Assembly: GCA_963663405.2 (NCBI GenBank)
Contig: CAXXSM010000066.1
Coordinates: 1-16,183 of the forward strand
DNA from: a bacterium
GTDB lineage: Bacteria; Hinthialibacterota; Hinthialibacteria; Hinthialibacterales; Hinthialibacteraceae
Direction of reading: 5' to 3'
DNA length: 16,183 nt
A program made the translations under genes and the position numbers. The notes beneath the pieces were generated by a model. That model worked only from the letters and a program-made list of their open reading frames with translations. It ran no database searches and had not been told where the DNA came from. Shown one piece after another: positions 1 to 9,163 of the stretch (its first letter is position 1; every line of letters begins with the position of its first letter).

Positions 1-2
1 GC

Positions 3-870
3 TACGTCGCTGGAATGCGAGGGATGAAATCGGAGGTGTACGAAGGCGGTATCCACTCGCCGTTTTTCGTGCATTGGCCGGCAGTGGTGAAACCGGGGCG
101 CTCCTCGGACCGCATCGCCGCGCATATCGATGTACTGCCAACGATCCTCGGCGCTTGCGGTGTGTCCAAACCGCAGAATTTGAAACTCGATGGGCGGAGT
201 CTGCTTCCCCTGCTTAAAGGGCAACGTGATACGGTTTCTGATCGTACGATCGTCATTCAATCCCACCGGGGGGACAAGCCTGTTCTCTATCACAATTTCG
301 CTGCCCGTTCGCAGCGTTGGAAACTGCTCCACGCCAGCGGGTTCGGCAAGGAATCATTTGAGGGGGAACCAAAATTCGAACTCTACGACATGGAAAACGA
401 TCCTCTGGAGACACGTGACGTATCCAAAGAACATCCGGAGATCGTGGAGCGGATGCGTAAAGCGTATGAAGAATGGTTCAACGATGTCAGCGCCACACGG
501 TCTGATAATTACGCGCCGCCCCGGATATATATCGGAACGCCTTATGAAAATCCCGTTGTCCTTACCCGGCAAAACTGGCGGCATGTGAAGGGCATTCCGT
601 GGGCTCGAGATTCGAATGGGTATTGGGAATTGTATTCGGCCGAATCCGGAGCCTACGATATCCGCCTTCGTTTTCCCCCGCAAGAAAATAAATGGAAAGC
701 CCGGCTCGAGTTTGGTGGTAAAACGTTGACGCGGTCAATCCCTGAAAACGCTTCAGAATGCGTATTTGAATCTGTTGGGGCCGGTAAAGGCGATACGCGT
801 CTCATGGCGACCTTATCAGCGGGCAACCAGTCAAAAAGGCCCTTGGCAGGTCGATGTGATTCTAAAGTAA
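3..870 (+). CDS. Arylsulfatase-family sulfatase, 5'-partial, with a C-terminal beta-rich extension; probable 1-nt frameshift at the A5 run 833-837
   Basis: Frame is open from nt 3 (YVAGMRGMKSEVYEGGIHSPFFVHWP). Sulfatase C-half motifs: RGxKxxxYEGG, HIDVLPT, LDGRSLLPLL, ELYDMENDPLE. As written the ORF runs to 884, over the next gene's RBS. Removing one A gives ...GNQSKGPWQVDVILK* ending at TAA 868-870. Confidence 0.88.
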
Positions 871-876
871 TCCATT

Positions 877-883
877 GGAGGTG
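877..883 (+). promoter_or_regulatory. Shine-Dalgarno site for the second sulfatase
   Basis: GGAGGTG lies 6 nt upstream of ATG 890. Confidence 0.8.
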
Positions 884-889
884 AAAACT

Positions 890-2329
890 ATGAAAAACGA
901 TAAGAATAGGACAGAGATAAATAAAACACAATCGCGTAGACAGTTCTTAAAAACATCGGCGCTGTCAATCGCCGCGATGAATGCGCTGCAAAACGGATGG
1001 AGCGGGGAAGAGGAAAAGCCGCCGAATATCGTGATCGTCTTCCTGGATGATTCCGGTTGGGCCGATTTTCGACCTTTTGGCGAACATGAATACAAAACTC
1101 CTAATGTCAAACGCCTCGCCAGCGAAGGGTGTTGCTTTCATAATTTCTATGTGCCACAGGCGGTTTGTTCCGCTTCACGATCGTCGCTCCTCTCCGGTTG
1201 TTATCCAGGTAGAACGAAGGTCTTCGGCGCGCATGGACCAAATGCGAGAGGACTCGATCCAAAATATGCGACGATTGGGGAAGTTCTCAAAGCGCGTGGA
1301 TACATGACAGCGGTCTTCGGGAAATGGCACATCGGCGATCAACCGGATACGCGGCCACCCGCGAGGGGATTCGATGAATCCTGTGGATTGATGTATTCAA
1401 ACGACATGTGGGAATTCCATCCGGAGAATCCGGAATATTGGGGCAAGTATCCTCTTCGATATTGGGTGAATGGAAAAGTCATCATTGAACGTGTTACACC
1501 AGAGCATCAGCCCATGCTCACCACATGGTATACGGAACACGCCGTCGATTTCATTCAGCGCAACAAAGAGAAACCGTTCTTCCTTTACGTTCCTCATGCG
1601 ATGCCGCATGTGCCGCTTTTCTGCAGTGAGAAATTTAAAGGGAAATCCGGCGCCGGGTTATATGGGGATGTCATGATGGAGATCGATTGGTCTGTTGGTG
1701 AGATCATGAAATCGCTGAGGGACAATGGGGTGGAAGAGAATACGCTCGTGCTTTTTACTTCGGATAATGGCCCATGGATTTCCTATGGAAACCACGCTGG
1801 AGAAACCCCTTTCCGTGAGGCCAAAGGAACGAGTTTTGACGGCGGTACGCGGAGCGCGTGTATTGTTAAATATCCAAAACAGATTGAAGCGGGCTCTGTT
1901 TCGGATAAAACCTTCTGCTCAATTGATATTCTTCCTACTATCGCGAATGTGACCGGCGCCGCGCTTCCGGATAATCCGGTTGATGGAAAAAATGTGTGGG
2001 ATCTGATCGTTGGGAAACCAGGCGCGGAAAATCCACAGGAGTATTATCCATTTTCGACGGGGAAGAATTTCGAGGGCGTAATCAGTGGGGATGGACGATG
2101 GAAACTGCATCTTCCACACAACTATCGGACGCTGGTTACGGCGGGAAAAGATGGGATGCCAGGTAAATACGAGCAGAATAAAATCGAACTTTCTCTTTTC
2201 GATATGAAAAACGATCCGTATGAAACCACCAATGTATTAACCAAACACCCAACGATCGCTCAAAAGATGAAACAATACGCCGAACATCACAAACAAACAT
2301 TCTATCCCGAGAAGAAGAATGGTGATTAA
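890..2329 (+). CDS. Tat-exported formylglycine-dependent sulfatase (arylsulfatase A-like)
   Basis: Tat motif SRRQFLK. PNIVIVFLDDSGWAD metal-binding motif, CSASRSSLLSG signature, GKWHIG, PHVP, FTSDNG, KGTSFDGG, LFDMKNDPYE. Start placed at ATG 890 by the SD rather than TTG 875. Confidence 0.95.
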   Translation: MKNDKNRTEINKTQSRRQFLKTSALSIAAMNALQNGWSGEEEKPPNIVIVFLDDSGWADFRPFGEHEYKTPNVKRLASEGCCFHNFYVPQAVCSASRSSLLSGCYPGRTKVFGAHGPNARGLDPKYATIGEVLKARGYMTAVFGKWHIGDQPDTRPPARGFDESCGLMYSNDMWEFHPENPEYWGKYPLRYWVNGKVIIERVTPEHQPMLTTWYTEHAVDFIQRNKEKPFFLYVPHAMPHVPLFCSEKFKGKSGAGLYGDVMMEIDWSVGEIMKSLRDNGVEENTLVLFTSDNGPWISYGNHAGETPFREAKGTSFDGGTRSACIVKYPKQIEAGSVSDKTFCSIDILPTIANVTGAALPDNPVDGKNVWDLIVGKPGAENPQEYYPFSTGKNFEGVISGDGRWKLHLPHNYRTLVTAGKDGMPGKYEQNKIELSLFDMKNDPYETTNVLTKHPTIAQKMKQYAEHHKQTFYPEKKNGD

Positions 2330-2853
2330 TCGGGTTCCGCCAGCCGCTCGACTTTGATTCCTTTTGATAAAAGAAGGGAATTCGGAACGAGGTAGATTTT
2401 TTCTTCTTCCTCCAGTGTGGTGTATCGCAGATCGATTTCCCTTACAAATCCTGAAAATCCACCGACGTCGATGTGGTCGCCCCGTTGGAAGGGGCGGTAG
2501 AGCAGCAGCAGCACACCCGCTAAGAGATTCGAGATTAGGTCCTTTAACGCAAATCCCAGCGCGAATCCAGTTAATCCGAGTCCCGCCACCAATGCGGTCA
2601 CATCGACATTCATTGTTCCCAAGCCGCAGACGATTCCAACGATAATAAGGATCGTCTTGACGGTTTCCGCGAAGAAATTTGTTAGATCCTCATCTAACGA
2701 ACGGTTCTGACAGATCCGGATAATCACGGCCCGGAACCGGCCCGCAAGAAGCCAAAATATTAAAAAAACCATGATTCCGAAAAAGAGATTGGGGATCCAT
2801 TCAACCAACCGGTCATATAGTTTTTCTGTATCGTTCATCCATTTCTCAAACAT
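2326..2853 (-). CDS. mscS: Small-conductance mechanosensitive channel (MscS family), short form, 175 aa
   Basis: TM3 signature ALVAGLGLTGFALGFALKDLISNLLAG, then PFQRGDHIDVGGFSGFVREIDLRYT and VPNS. Start placed at ATG 2853 (MFEKW), preceded by GAGGA; the ORF-track start at 2934 is probably too long. Confidence 0.9.
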   Translation of the reverse strand: MFEKWMNDTEKLYDRLVEWIPNLFFGIMVFLIFWLLAGRFRAVIIRICQNRSLDEDLTNFFAETVKTILIIVGIVCGLGTMNVDVTALVAGLGLTGFALGFALKDLISNLLAGVLLLLYRPFQRGDHIDVGGFSGFVREIDLRYTTLEEEEKIYLVPNSLLLSKGIKVERLAEPD

Positions 2854-3044
2854 ATTCGCTTCCTCATTAAGGTTTGGAATCGATCGTACATGATCCATCC
2901 CGTCTATCTTAAAGATTACCGCACCCTTTCCCATGAATCAATATGGATTCAATCCATCCCGATGAATGAGGGAGTTAAGGATTCAAGACTGTATTTGGTT
3001 TGGGGAAGGAAAATAGAAAGGATGAATAGGATTCAGAGCTCGTG

Positions 3045-4565
3045 TTATAAATCCCGTTTTTGGGTAATGGCCATACGAGTCACTTTCTTTCTTGTAGGGA
3101 GAGAGGATTTAGTGTCGATTTTAGGCCGGGATTTGATTTCTTCGTCGATTTTCTTTTGCACTGCTTCTTGATCGTTATACCGCTTGATGGAGTCGTTAAT
3201 CATTTTATGCTGAACTTCGATCAATCTTCCTTGGTTTTTTACAACGTTCAATTTGCGCCTTTGTTCCTCGAACCGCTTTTGCATGGCCGCTTTCTTTTTC
3301 ATCAACTCTTCATACTCGGGTGATTTTGGATCGAGCGTTTCGGCGGCCGCTTCAATCTCAGACAGCATGTTTTCAAATTCCTCTTTTACGGCCCGGAATT
3401 CTTCTTCAAACAATTCAAGGGTATATTTCAACACATCTTTTTGAAGGCTTAGAATGATGCTCTGCCGGAGGCGCAGGCCGTGATGATAGGAGGGCAGACG
3501 ATTGAAATCAAACGCGACCGCGCTGCGGGCGCGCGCGTAGCCGCCTAATAACGATACGATGTGGTGGAGGATTTTCGCGGTATTTTTTTTGTCGGCCAAT
3601 CCAATTTTGATATGAATCAGGGCGCGCAGGAAAATTGGCAGCTCTTTCAAAACCGGCCGTTCTTCCAAATGTTTAAGGATCAACCGTTCGATTTCCCGTA
3701 AATCATCGATCGCTTTTTTCAAGAATATTCGCGCGCGTTTGTAGCGTCCTTTGAAATCCGCCGTTTTAGATGTGTTGCCATATCCATTGATTTCTAATTT
3801 GGCTAAAAAGAATTTGGTCATCTCCAGAAGCAGATAGCCGCTCATTTCGTTATATTGAGCGCCATCATACGCCTGATCGAGCACGGTGGTGATAAATGGC
3901 TTCAGCGGTTCATCATCGTCTAAATCCACATATTTCATCCGCATCGCGATCACTTCTTCCGGTGTAAAGATGAGTGAGAGTTCCTGCCGGAATTTTTCCA
4001 CTAACGCTTTGGTTTGTTTGATCGTTGGGAAAAAATCGCTGATCCGGACCCGGATCGAGATAACGCCTTCCGTCTTCTGCAGACACAATTGGCTTTGGAT
4101 ATTGAGAAGGGAACTAAAAAACGCCGCGACTTCCTTGGCGTCTTTTCCTGCTAATTCCTGGTCAAGATTTTCGAGAACTGTGTAGAGTTCCCGCTTTTTT
4201 TGTTCGATTTGTTCGGCTTTGACGTTTGATGGCGTGTCAAAATCCTCTTCCGCCATTTCTTTTTTAAATTCTTCGGAGGCTTTGACCGCTTCATAAACTG
4301 AATCCCGCAGGGCTTCGTGGACATTTTCTTCCAATTCGATTTTTCGGGATAGTTTATCTATAAAATTTTCTTCATTTTTGACTGGGATCGATTGAGGATT
4401 CGCGGATTGATCCTGTCCACTGTTTCGGTGTTCCTTGTTCTTATTTGGGTTCATCGATGGATTCCTCATCCGGTCTATCGGATTTTTCTTGCTATCCGTT
4501 CTTTTTGGTCTAGATTCTCTATCCGTCCGAACGCCGTTTGTTTTTCTCGACGATTGCGAATCCAT
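3045..4565 (-). CDS. Hypothetical all-alpha protein with a disordered N-terminus and C-terminal coiled coil (~506 aa)
   Basis: 1.5-kb open frame with GAGGGTG SD before ATG 4565. Polar, low-complexity first ~65 aa; E/K-rich helical C-terminal region. No family motif recognised. Confidence 0.8.
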   Translation of the reverse strand: MDSQSSRKTNGVRTDRESRPKRTDSKKNPIDRMRNPSMNPNKNKEHRNSGQDQSANPQSIPVKNEENFIDKLSRKIELEENVHEALRDSVYEAVKASEEFKKEMAEEDFDTPSNVKAEQIEQKKRELYTVLENLDQELAGKDAKEVAAFFSSLLNIQSQLCLQKTEGVISIRVRISDFFPTIKQTKALVEKFRQELSLIFTPEEVIAMRMKYVDLDDDEPLKPFITTVLDQAYDGAQYNEMSGYLLLEMTKFFLAKLEINGYGNTSKTADFKGRYKRARIFLKKAIDDLREIERLILKHLEERPVLKELPIFLRALIHIKIGLADKKNTAKILHHIVSLLGGYARARSAVAFDFNRLPSYHHGLRLRQSIILSLQKDVLKYTLELFEEEFRAVKEEFENMLSEIEAAAETLDPKSPEYEELMKKKAAMQKRFEEQRRKLNVVKNQGRLIEVQHKMINDSIKRYNDQEAVQKKIDEEIKSRPKIDTKSSLPTRKKVTRMAITQKRDL

Positions 4566-5318
4566 TATCACCCTCAGGATAATTTAAAATCGCTAAATTC
4601 AAGATACCCTAAAAAGATATTGAAACCAAGATTGCCGTGTTACTTCAAGACAAAAATGTAATGTCATAACTTTTATAATACAACCCTTGATTTTTTTTAT
4701 GATCAAGTATCCCTGGCCCAGAAGAGTTATTAATGTCGTCTCAGAAGATAGATCGAATGCTTTATATAAGGAACATGAATACGAAGAACACGATATAAAT
4801 AACGGCCCTAGTATTCTTTTTCGGAATTTAATACTTTGTGATTTTTTAGATTTTCCCGGCCGCCTAATTTCTCCCATTATACACTGTAATATTTTTGGTT
4901 GTAAGTAAAATCGAACTCACGCATGAATTCTTTTCTCAATATTTTTTTTGTTTAAAGAATTAGATATAGGAATAGAATTGGAACATGAATTCTCATTCTG
5001 AAATAAATTACACATTATTGTTAAAAAATATAGAATCGTAATTCCCTCGTTAAACATCTTTTTTAAAGGATTTTTTGGGATTGAATTTTATTTATCATAA
5101 TAACCGCACAAATATTAATTGTTTTCTAATATTATCTAAATATATTACCTTATATGTGGAGGCCACTTTCGCGCTTGGAATGCAAATGGATGGCATTCAT
5201 TGGATGGAGGAACCCACCCATTCTTTCCTGATTTTTTTTTTCGCACTTCTTCTCTTCCATTGAGGCGAGTACTATATCCAAACATATTCTTTTGTAATGA
5301 ATGAAGTGAATCAATCTT

Positions 5319-6821
5319 ATGGCCTATCGAAATCTCAAAGACTTTATCAATCGTTTGAAACGGGAGAATGAATTGGTGGAAATCAATCATCCCGTTTCTC
5401 CTTATTTGGAAATCACTGAAATTACGGACCGGATCTGCAAAGCGGGTGGACCGGCTTTATTGTTTACTAATCCGGTCAACTATAACATGCCCGTTTTAAT
5501 GAACGCTTATGGATCGAAACGGCGGATGGCGCTAGCTCTCGGTGTCGATCATGTCGATGAGATTTCCGACCGGATTCGTTCGCTTGTCCAAATGAAACCA
5601 CCCGGCTCGCTCCGTGAAAAAATCCAGGCGCTCTTTCAATTGAAGGAAATTGCCGGGTATTCGCCCAAAAAAACTAAGGGGGGCCGCTGCAAAGAAAAGA
5701 AACTTTCTGGTGAGAATCCTTTGGACGCTCTGCCGGCTCTTACTTGTTGGCCCAAGGATGGTGGACCTTATATTACACTGGCACAAGTCTATACACGGGA
5801 TTTGAAATCCGGCGCCCGTAACGTTGGGCTCTATCGTATCCAGGTTTTCGACGGGAAGACGACTGGGATGCACTGGCAGATTCATAAAGGAGGGGCGGAA
5901 CATTTTCGCGGTTATTCCAAAGAAAGCCGCCGCATGGAAGTGGCGGCGGTTTTGGGCGGTGATCCGGCGCTTCTCTACGCGGCGTCCGCCCCGCTTCCGC
6001 CGAATATCGATGAACTTATGTTTGCCGGTTTTCTTCGAAAGGCGCCTGTTGAACTCGTTCCATGCGAAACGATTGATTTGGAAGTTCCCGCGGACGCGGA
6101 GATTGTCATTGAAGGGTGGATCGATCCAGCCGAAGAACGGTTGGAAGGCCCCTTTGGCGATCATACTGGATACTATTCTCTCGCTGAACCGTATCCCGTT
6201 TTTCACGTTACATGCGTGACAACGGCCAAGGATCCCATCTATCCATCAACGATTGTCGGCGTTCCGCCCATGGAAGACGCTTGGTTGGGGAAAGCGACGG
6301 AGCGTATTTTTATGCCTTTGATCCAGGTTACATTTCCTGAAATCATTGATCTGGAACTTCCTGTCGAGGGTGGATTCCATAGTTTGGCGATTGTCTCCAT
6401 TAAAAAATCGTATCCAGGACACGCTTTCAAGATCGCACACGCTATTTGGGGCACAGGACTCCTTTCTCTGACGAAATCCATCATCATCGTGGACGCCCAT
6501 GTCAATGTGCGTAATCCCCGTGAAGTATTGTGGCGGTTCGCCAATAATGTGGCGCCGGAACGGGACGTGCAAATCGTGAAAGGACCGGTTGACGTATTGG
6601 ATAATTCTTCCGAATATCTGGGATTCGGATCGAAGATGGCGATCGATGCAACGCGCAAACTTCCTGAAGAAGGTTATACCCGGCAATGGCCTCCCGATAT
6701 TGATATGACAAAAGAAGTCAAAGAAAAAATCGATCGGATCTGGAATGATCTTGGTTTGCCGGTCTCCTTGGAAGAATCTAAAAAACACGGTTTTAAGATT
6801 ACCCCAGAAGATCAGGGGTAA
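5319..6821 (+). CDS. ubiD: UbiD-family prenyl-FMN-dependent decarboxylase, menaquinone-biosynthesis (MqnL-like) type
   Basis: LEITEI, GGPALLF, WPKDGGPYIT, RNVGLYR, VPADAEIVIEG, catalytic EGPFGDHTGYY, PPMED, GPVDVLD...GSKMAIDATRK. Confidence 0.95.
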   Translation: MAYRNLKDFINRLKRENELVEINHPVSPYLEITEITDRICKAGGPALLFTNPVNYNMPVLMNAYGSKRRMALALGVDHVDEISDRIRSLVQMKPPGSLREKIQALFQLKEIAGYSPKKTKGGRCKEKKLSGENPLDALPALTCWPKDGGPYITLAQVYTRDLKSGARNVGLYRIQVFDGKTTGMHWQIHKGGAEHFRGYSKESRRMEVAAVLGGDPALLYAASAPLPPNIDELMFAGFLRKAPVELVPCETIDLEVPADAEIVIEGWIDPAEERLEGPFGDHTGYYSLAEPYPVFHVTCVTTAKDPIYPSTIVGVPPMEDAWLGKATERIFMPLIQVTFPEIIDLELPVEGGFHSLAIVSIKKSYPGHAFKIAHAIWGTGLLSLTKSIIIVDAHVNVRNPREVLWRFANNVAPERDVQIVKGPVDVLDNSSEYLGFGSKMAIDATRKLPEEGYTRQWPPDIDMTKEVKEKIDRIWNDLGLPVSLEESKKHGFKITPEDQG

Positions 6822-6879
6822 ACGAATTGAATTGGGTTTTACGTTCAACTCTGTAACATTCTCAGCAAGGATCATTTTC

Positions 6880-7479
6880 ATGTCTCAAGAATCAATCCTC
6901 GTCATCCCACGCGCTATGTTGGGAACCTTTATTCAATTTCATGGTTTTAAGCCTTTGGGAGACTCGCGCCCTGAGGAATGGCTTGCAGCCGCGTCATTCA
7001 AGTCTCGCCAAGAGATGGAGACCGATTCTGCTTTCAAACAATTGATACCCTATATTGTATTGCGATATAAGAACGAGGTTTTTCGTTATTGGCGTACGAA
7101 ACGGGGCGGTGAGAGCCGGCTGCATCATCTTTATTCCATTGGAATCGGTGGACATATCAATCCACGCGATGAGAATTTATTCACACCGCAGGAAGATGTG
7201 CTTATCGAAGCCGCATGGCGCGAACTTCGTGAAGAAGCCCATGTGGATTCTTCCCTCGATCTCCAACCGGTTGGTTTTATTAATGACGATCGATCTGATG
7301 TGGGGCAAGTTCATTTGGGGATTGTGTATGACGCGCGGCTTGAATCCAAGTCGGTTGAGATCAAAGAAAGCGCGTTGGGACGGGGAGAATGGAAGAGTGT
7401 GAGCGATCTCTATGATGGTGTTGAATACGAAACCTGGTCCTCATTTGTCATTGATGAATACCTTATTAAAAGCGCTTAA
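6880..7479 (+). CDS. NUDIX-family predicted phosphoesterase (COG4112/YmaB-like)
   Basis: RQEMETDSAFKQLIPY, ESRLHHLYSIGIGGHIN, Nudix helix RELREE, GFINDDRSDVGQVHLG, YETWS. Likely start ATG 6880; the 6745 start overlaps ubiD. Confidence 0.88.
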   Translation: MSQESILVIPRAMLGTFIQFHGFKPLGDSRPEEWLAAASFKSRQEMETDSAFKQLIPYIVLRYKNEVFRYWRTKRGGESRLHHLYSIGIGGHINPRDENLFTPQEDVLIEAAWRELREEAHVDSSLDLQPVGFINDDRSDVGQVHLGIVYDARLESKSVEIKESALGRGEWKSVSDLYDGVEYETWSSFVIDEYLIKSA

Positions 7480-7486
7480 GGAAACG

Positions 7487-7514
7487 AAAAGGAAACAAGG
7501 TTCATCCTTTTTTT
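7487..7514 (+). terminator. Possible intrinsic terminator between the convergent NUDIX and pta genes
   Basis: AAAAGGA (7487-7493) pairs with TCCTTTT (7505-7511), with an inner AAC/GTT pair and a T7 run at 7508-7514. The stem is weak. Confidence 0.4.
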
Positions 7515-7590
7515 ATAGATGATCCTTGTTGAAGAAAGAGTTCTTTGTTGTGAATGTCGCAGGGTAGTGGATAAGCCTAGGGTGAAGCGC

Positions 7591-8604
7591 TTATCCAGCG
7601 CGTTTTTTTGCGGCCTGCGCCTGGACGCATGTGATGGCGATGGTGTTGAAGATATCTTTGGCTGTGCATCCTCGTGAAAGGTCGTTAATCGGTAGAGCAA
7701 GGCCTTGGAGCAGAGGGCCGTACGCTTCCGCTTTGGCGAGCCGTTCGGTGAGTTTGTAGGCGATATTGCCCGCGTTGAGATCGGGGAAAATCAGCGTGTT
7801 GGCTTTTCCGGCGACTTCACTATTGGGGGATTTGCGTTTGCCGATCGCTTCAATGAGGGCCGCATCGCCTTGGAGTTCACCATCGACTTTAATATCTGGG
7901 CGTTTTTCTTTGACAATCTTCGTCGCTTCGATGACTTTATCCACCAGTGGATGTTTCGCGCTGCCGCAAGTGGAGAAGGAGAGCATCGCGACGATGGGTT
8001 CGGCGCCGATCAGCGCTTTCATCGAATCGGCGGTAGAGATGGCGATATCCGCCAGCTGTTCCGCGTTGGGATCGGGCATGACCCCGCAGTCGCCATAAAG
8101 CAGAGTCCCGTCGACGCCATAGGGGCAATCCGGGACGATCATGATGAAGTTGGACGAAACCGTATTGATGCCGGGTTCCATGCCAACGATTTGAAGGCTT
8201 GCGCGGATGACATTAGCGGTCGCGTTGACGGCGCCGGCGACCATGCCGTCGGCTTCGTCTTCCCGCACCATCATGGCGCCGAAAAAGAGGGGATCGCTTA
8301 AGATTTTCGCGGCTTCTTCGGGTGTCAATCCCTTATGTTTTCTGCGTTCGGCGAACGTTGCTGCGAATTCATCGCTGCGGGGATGGGAAGGTAGATCGAT
8401 GACCTGGATTCCGTCCAAAGAAACGTCATTGGCTTGCGCGGTTTCTTGAATTGCGGACGCGGTTCCCAGCAACAGAACATCAGCGATTTTCTCATCTGTA
8501 GCGGTCCGGGCCGCTTCTAACATTCTCTCGTCTGTGGATTCCGGCAAAACGATGCGGAGCGGATTGGCTTTGGCTTCATTAATAATTCGTTCCAGTGGAT
8601 GCAT
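7591..8604 (-). CDS. pta: Phosphate acetyltransferase (short, catalytic-domain-only class)
   Basis: RIVLPESTDERML, DGMVAGA, DCGVMPDP, AMLSFSTCGSAKH, DGELQGDAA, FPDLNAGNIAYK, GPLLQGLALPINDLSRGC. Confidence 0.96.
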   Translation of the reverse strand: MHPLERIINEAKANPLRIVLPESTDERMLEAARTATDEKIADVLLLGTASAIQETAQANDVSLDGIQVIDLPSHPRSDEFAATFAERRKHKGLTPEEAAKILSDPLFFGAMMVREDEADGMVAGAVNATANVIRASLQIVGMEPGINTVSSNFIMIVPDCPYGVDGTLLYGDCGVMPDPNAEQLADIAISTADSMKALIGAEPIVAMLSFSTCGSAKHPLVDKVIEATKIVKEKRPDIKVDGELQGDAALIEAIGKRKSPNSEVAGKANTLIFPDLNAGNIAYKLTERLAKAEAYGPLLQGLALPINDLSRGCTAKDIFNTIAITCVQAQAAKKRAG

Positions 8605-8607
8605 GGT

Positions 8608-8937
8608 CTATTCTTCTTCCTCTGTCTCTATCTCTTTGATTTTGGCCCTTTTTTTCTCTTGCATTTTTTCTTTTTGTTTACGGAGCTGCGCTTCGAGTTT
8701 GCTGACAGCGCCATCAATACACGCATGAACGGTCTCGCCTGTCTCACGTCCATGCATGGTTTTATGTAATCCGTGGAACGTGATTTCAACGATTTGACCA
8801 TTTATGTCGCGTTCCATGACTACGTGTGTTTCACAGGTTCCATGGGCGTATTTTTCCAGCTTGCCGACTTTCTTTTCGACGTATTCTTTCAGGTGGTCTG
8901 AAAGGGTATGTCCTTTGCTGGTGATATTAATGTCCAT
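8608..8937 (-). CDS. hpf: Ribosome hibernation promoting factor / RaiA (S30AE family), short form
   Basis: MDINITSKGHTLSDHLKEYVEKKVGKLEKY...IDGAVSKLEAQLRKQKEK pattern; SD GGGAGG at 8950-8945. Confidence 0.92.
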   Translation of the reverse strand: MDINITSKGHTLSDHLKEYVEKKVGKLEKYAHGTCETHVVMERDINGQIVEITFHGLHKTMHGRETGETVHACIDGAVSKLEAQLRKQKEKMQEKKRAKIKEIETEEEE

Positions 8938-9163
8938 GTGAAAACCTCCCTTCGATTATTATTCTCAGCGATGATATGGATCTCGTTTAATCATTAGACG
9001 AATGTTTTGCCAATCCCATTCTCTTTCCTAATACCATCCGTTATCGCAATTATACAAGATCCAACGGTAAAACTTGATATTTTATTAAATTGATTCTTGA
9101 GTATGAGATTTAATTATATTGGAATATGAATCTATTGAACTTTCGATTTTTTTTTCCGAAGCC

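Noticed and set aside
2893-2961. ATCCATCCCG direct repeat (2893, 2952) around the imperfect palindrome TGAATC-N6-GATTCA upstream of mscS
   Set aside because: Only two short copies, so not CRISPR-like; too weak to call an operator without conservation data.
4599-5263. Short ORFs (62-92 aa) in the AT-rich spacer
   Set aside because: No convincing RBS or motif; the I/F/L/K-rich composition is typical of translated AT-rich non-coding DNA.
5532-6881. Long antisense ORFs (224, 139, 211 aa) opposite ubiD, and similar shadows over the sulfatases, pta, RND, trpC and the oxidoreductase
   Set aside because: They overlap well-supported genes, carry no motifs, and are expected shadow frames.
8998-9013. 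Sigma54-like TTGGCAAAACATTCGT on the minus strand upstream of hpf
   Set aside because: The -12 position reads GT rather than the required GC.
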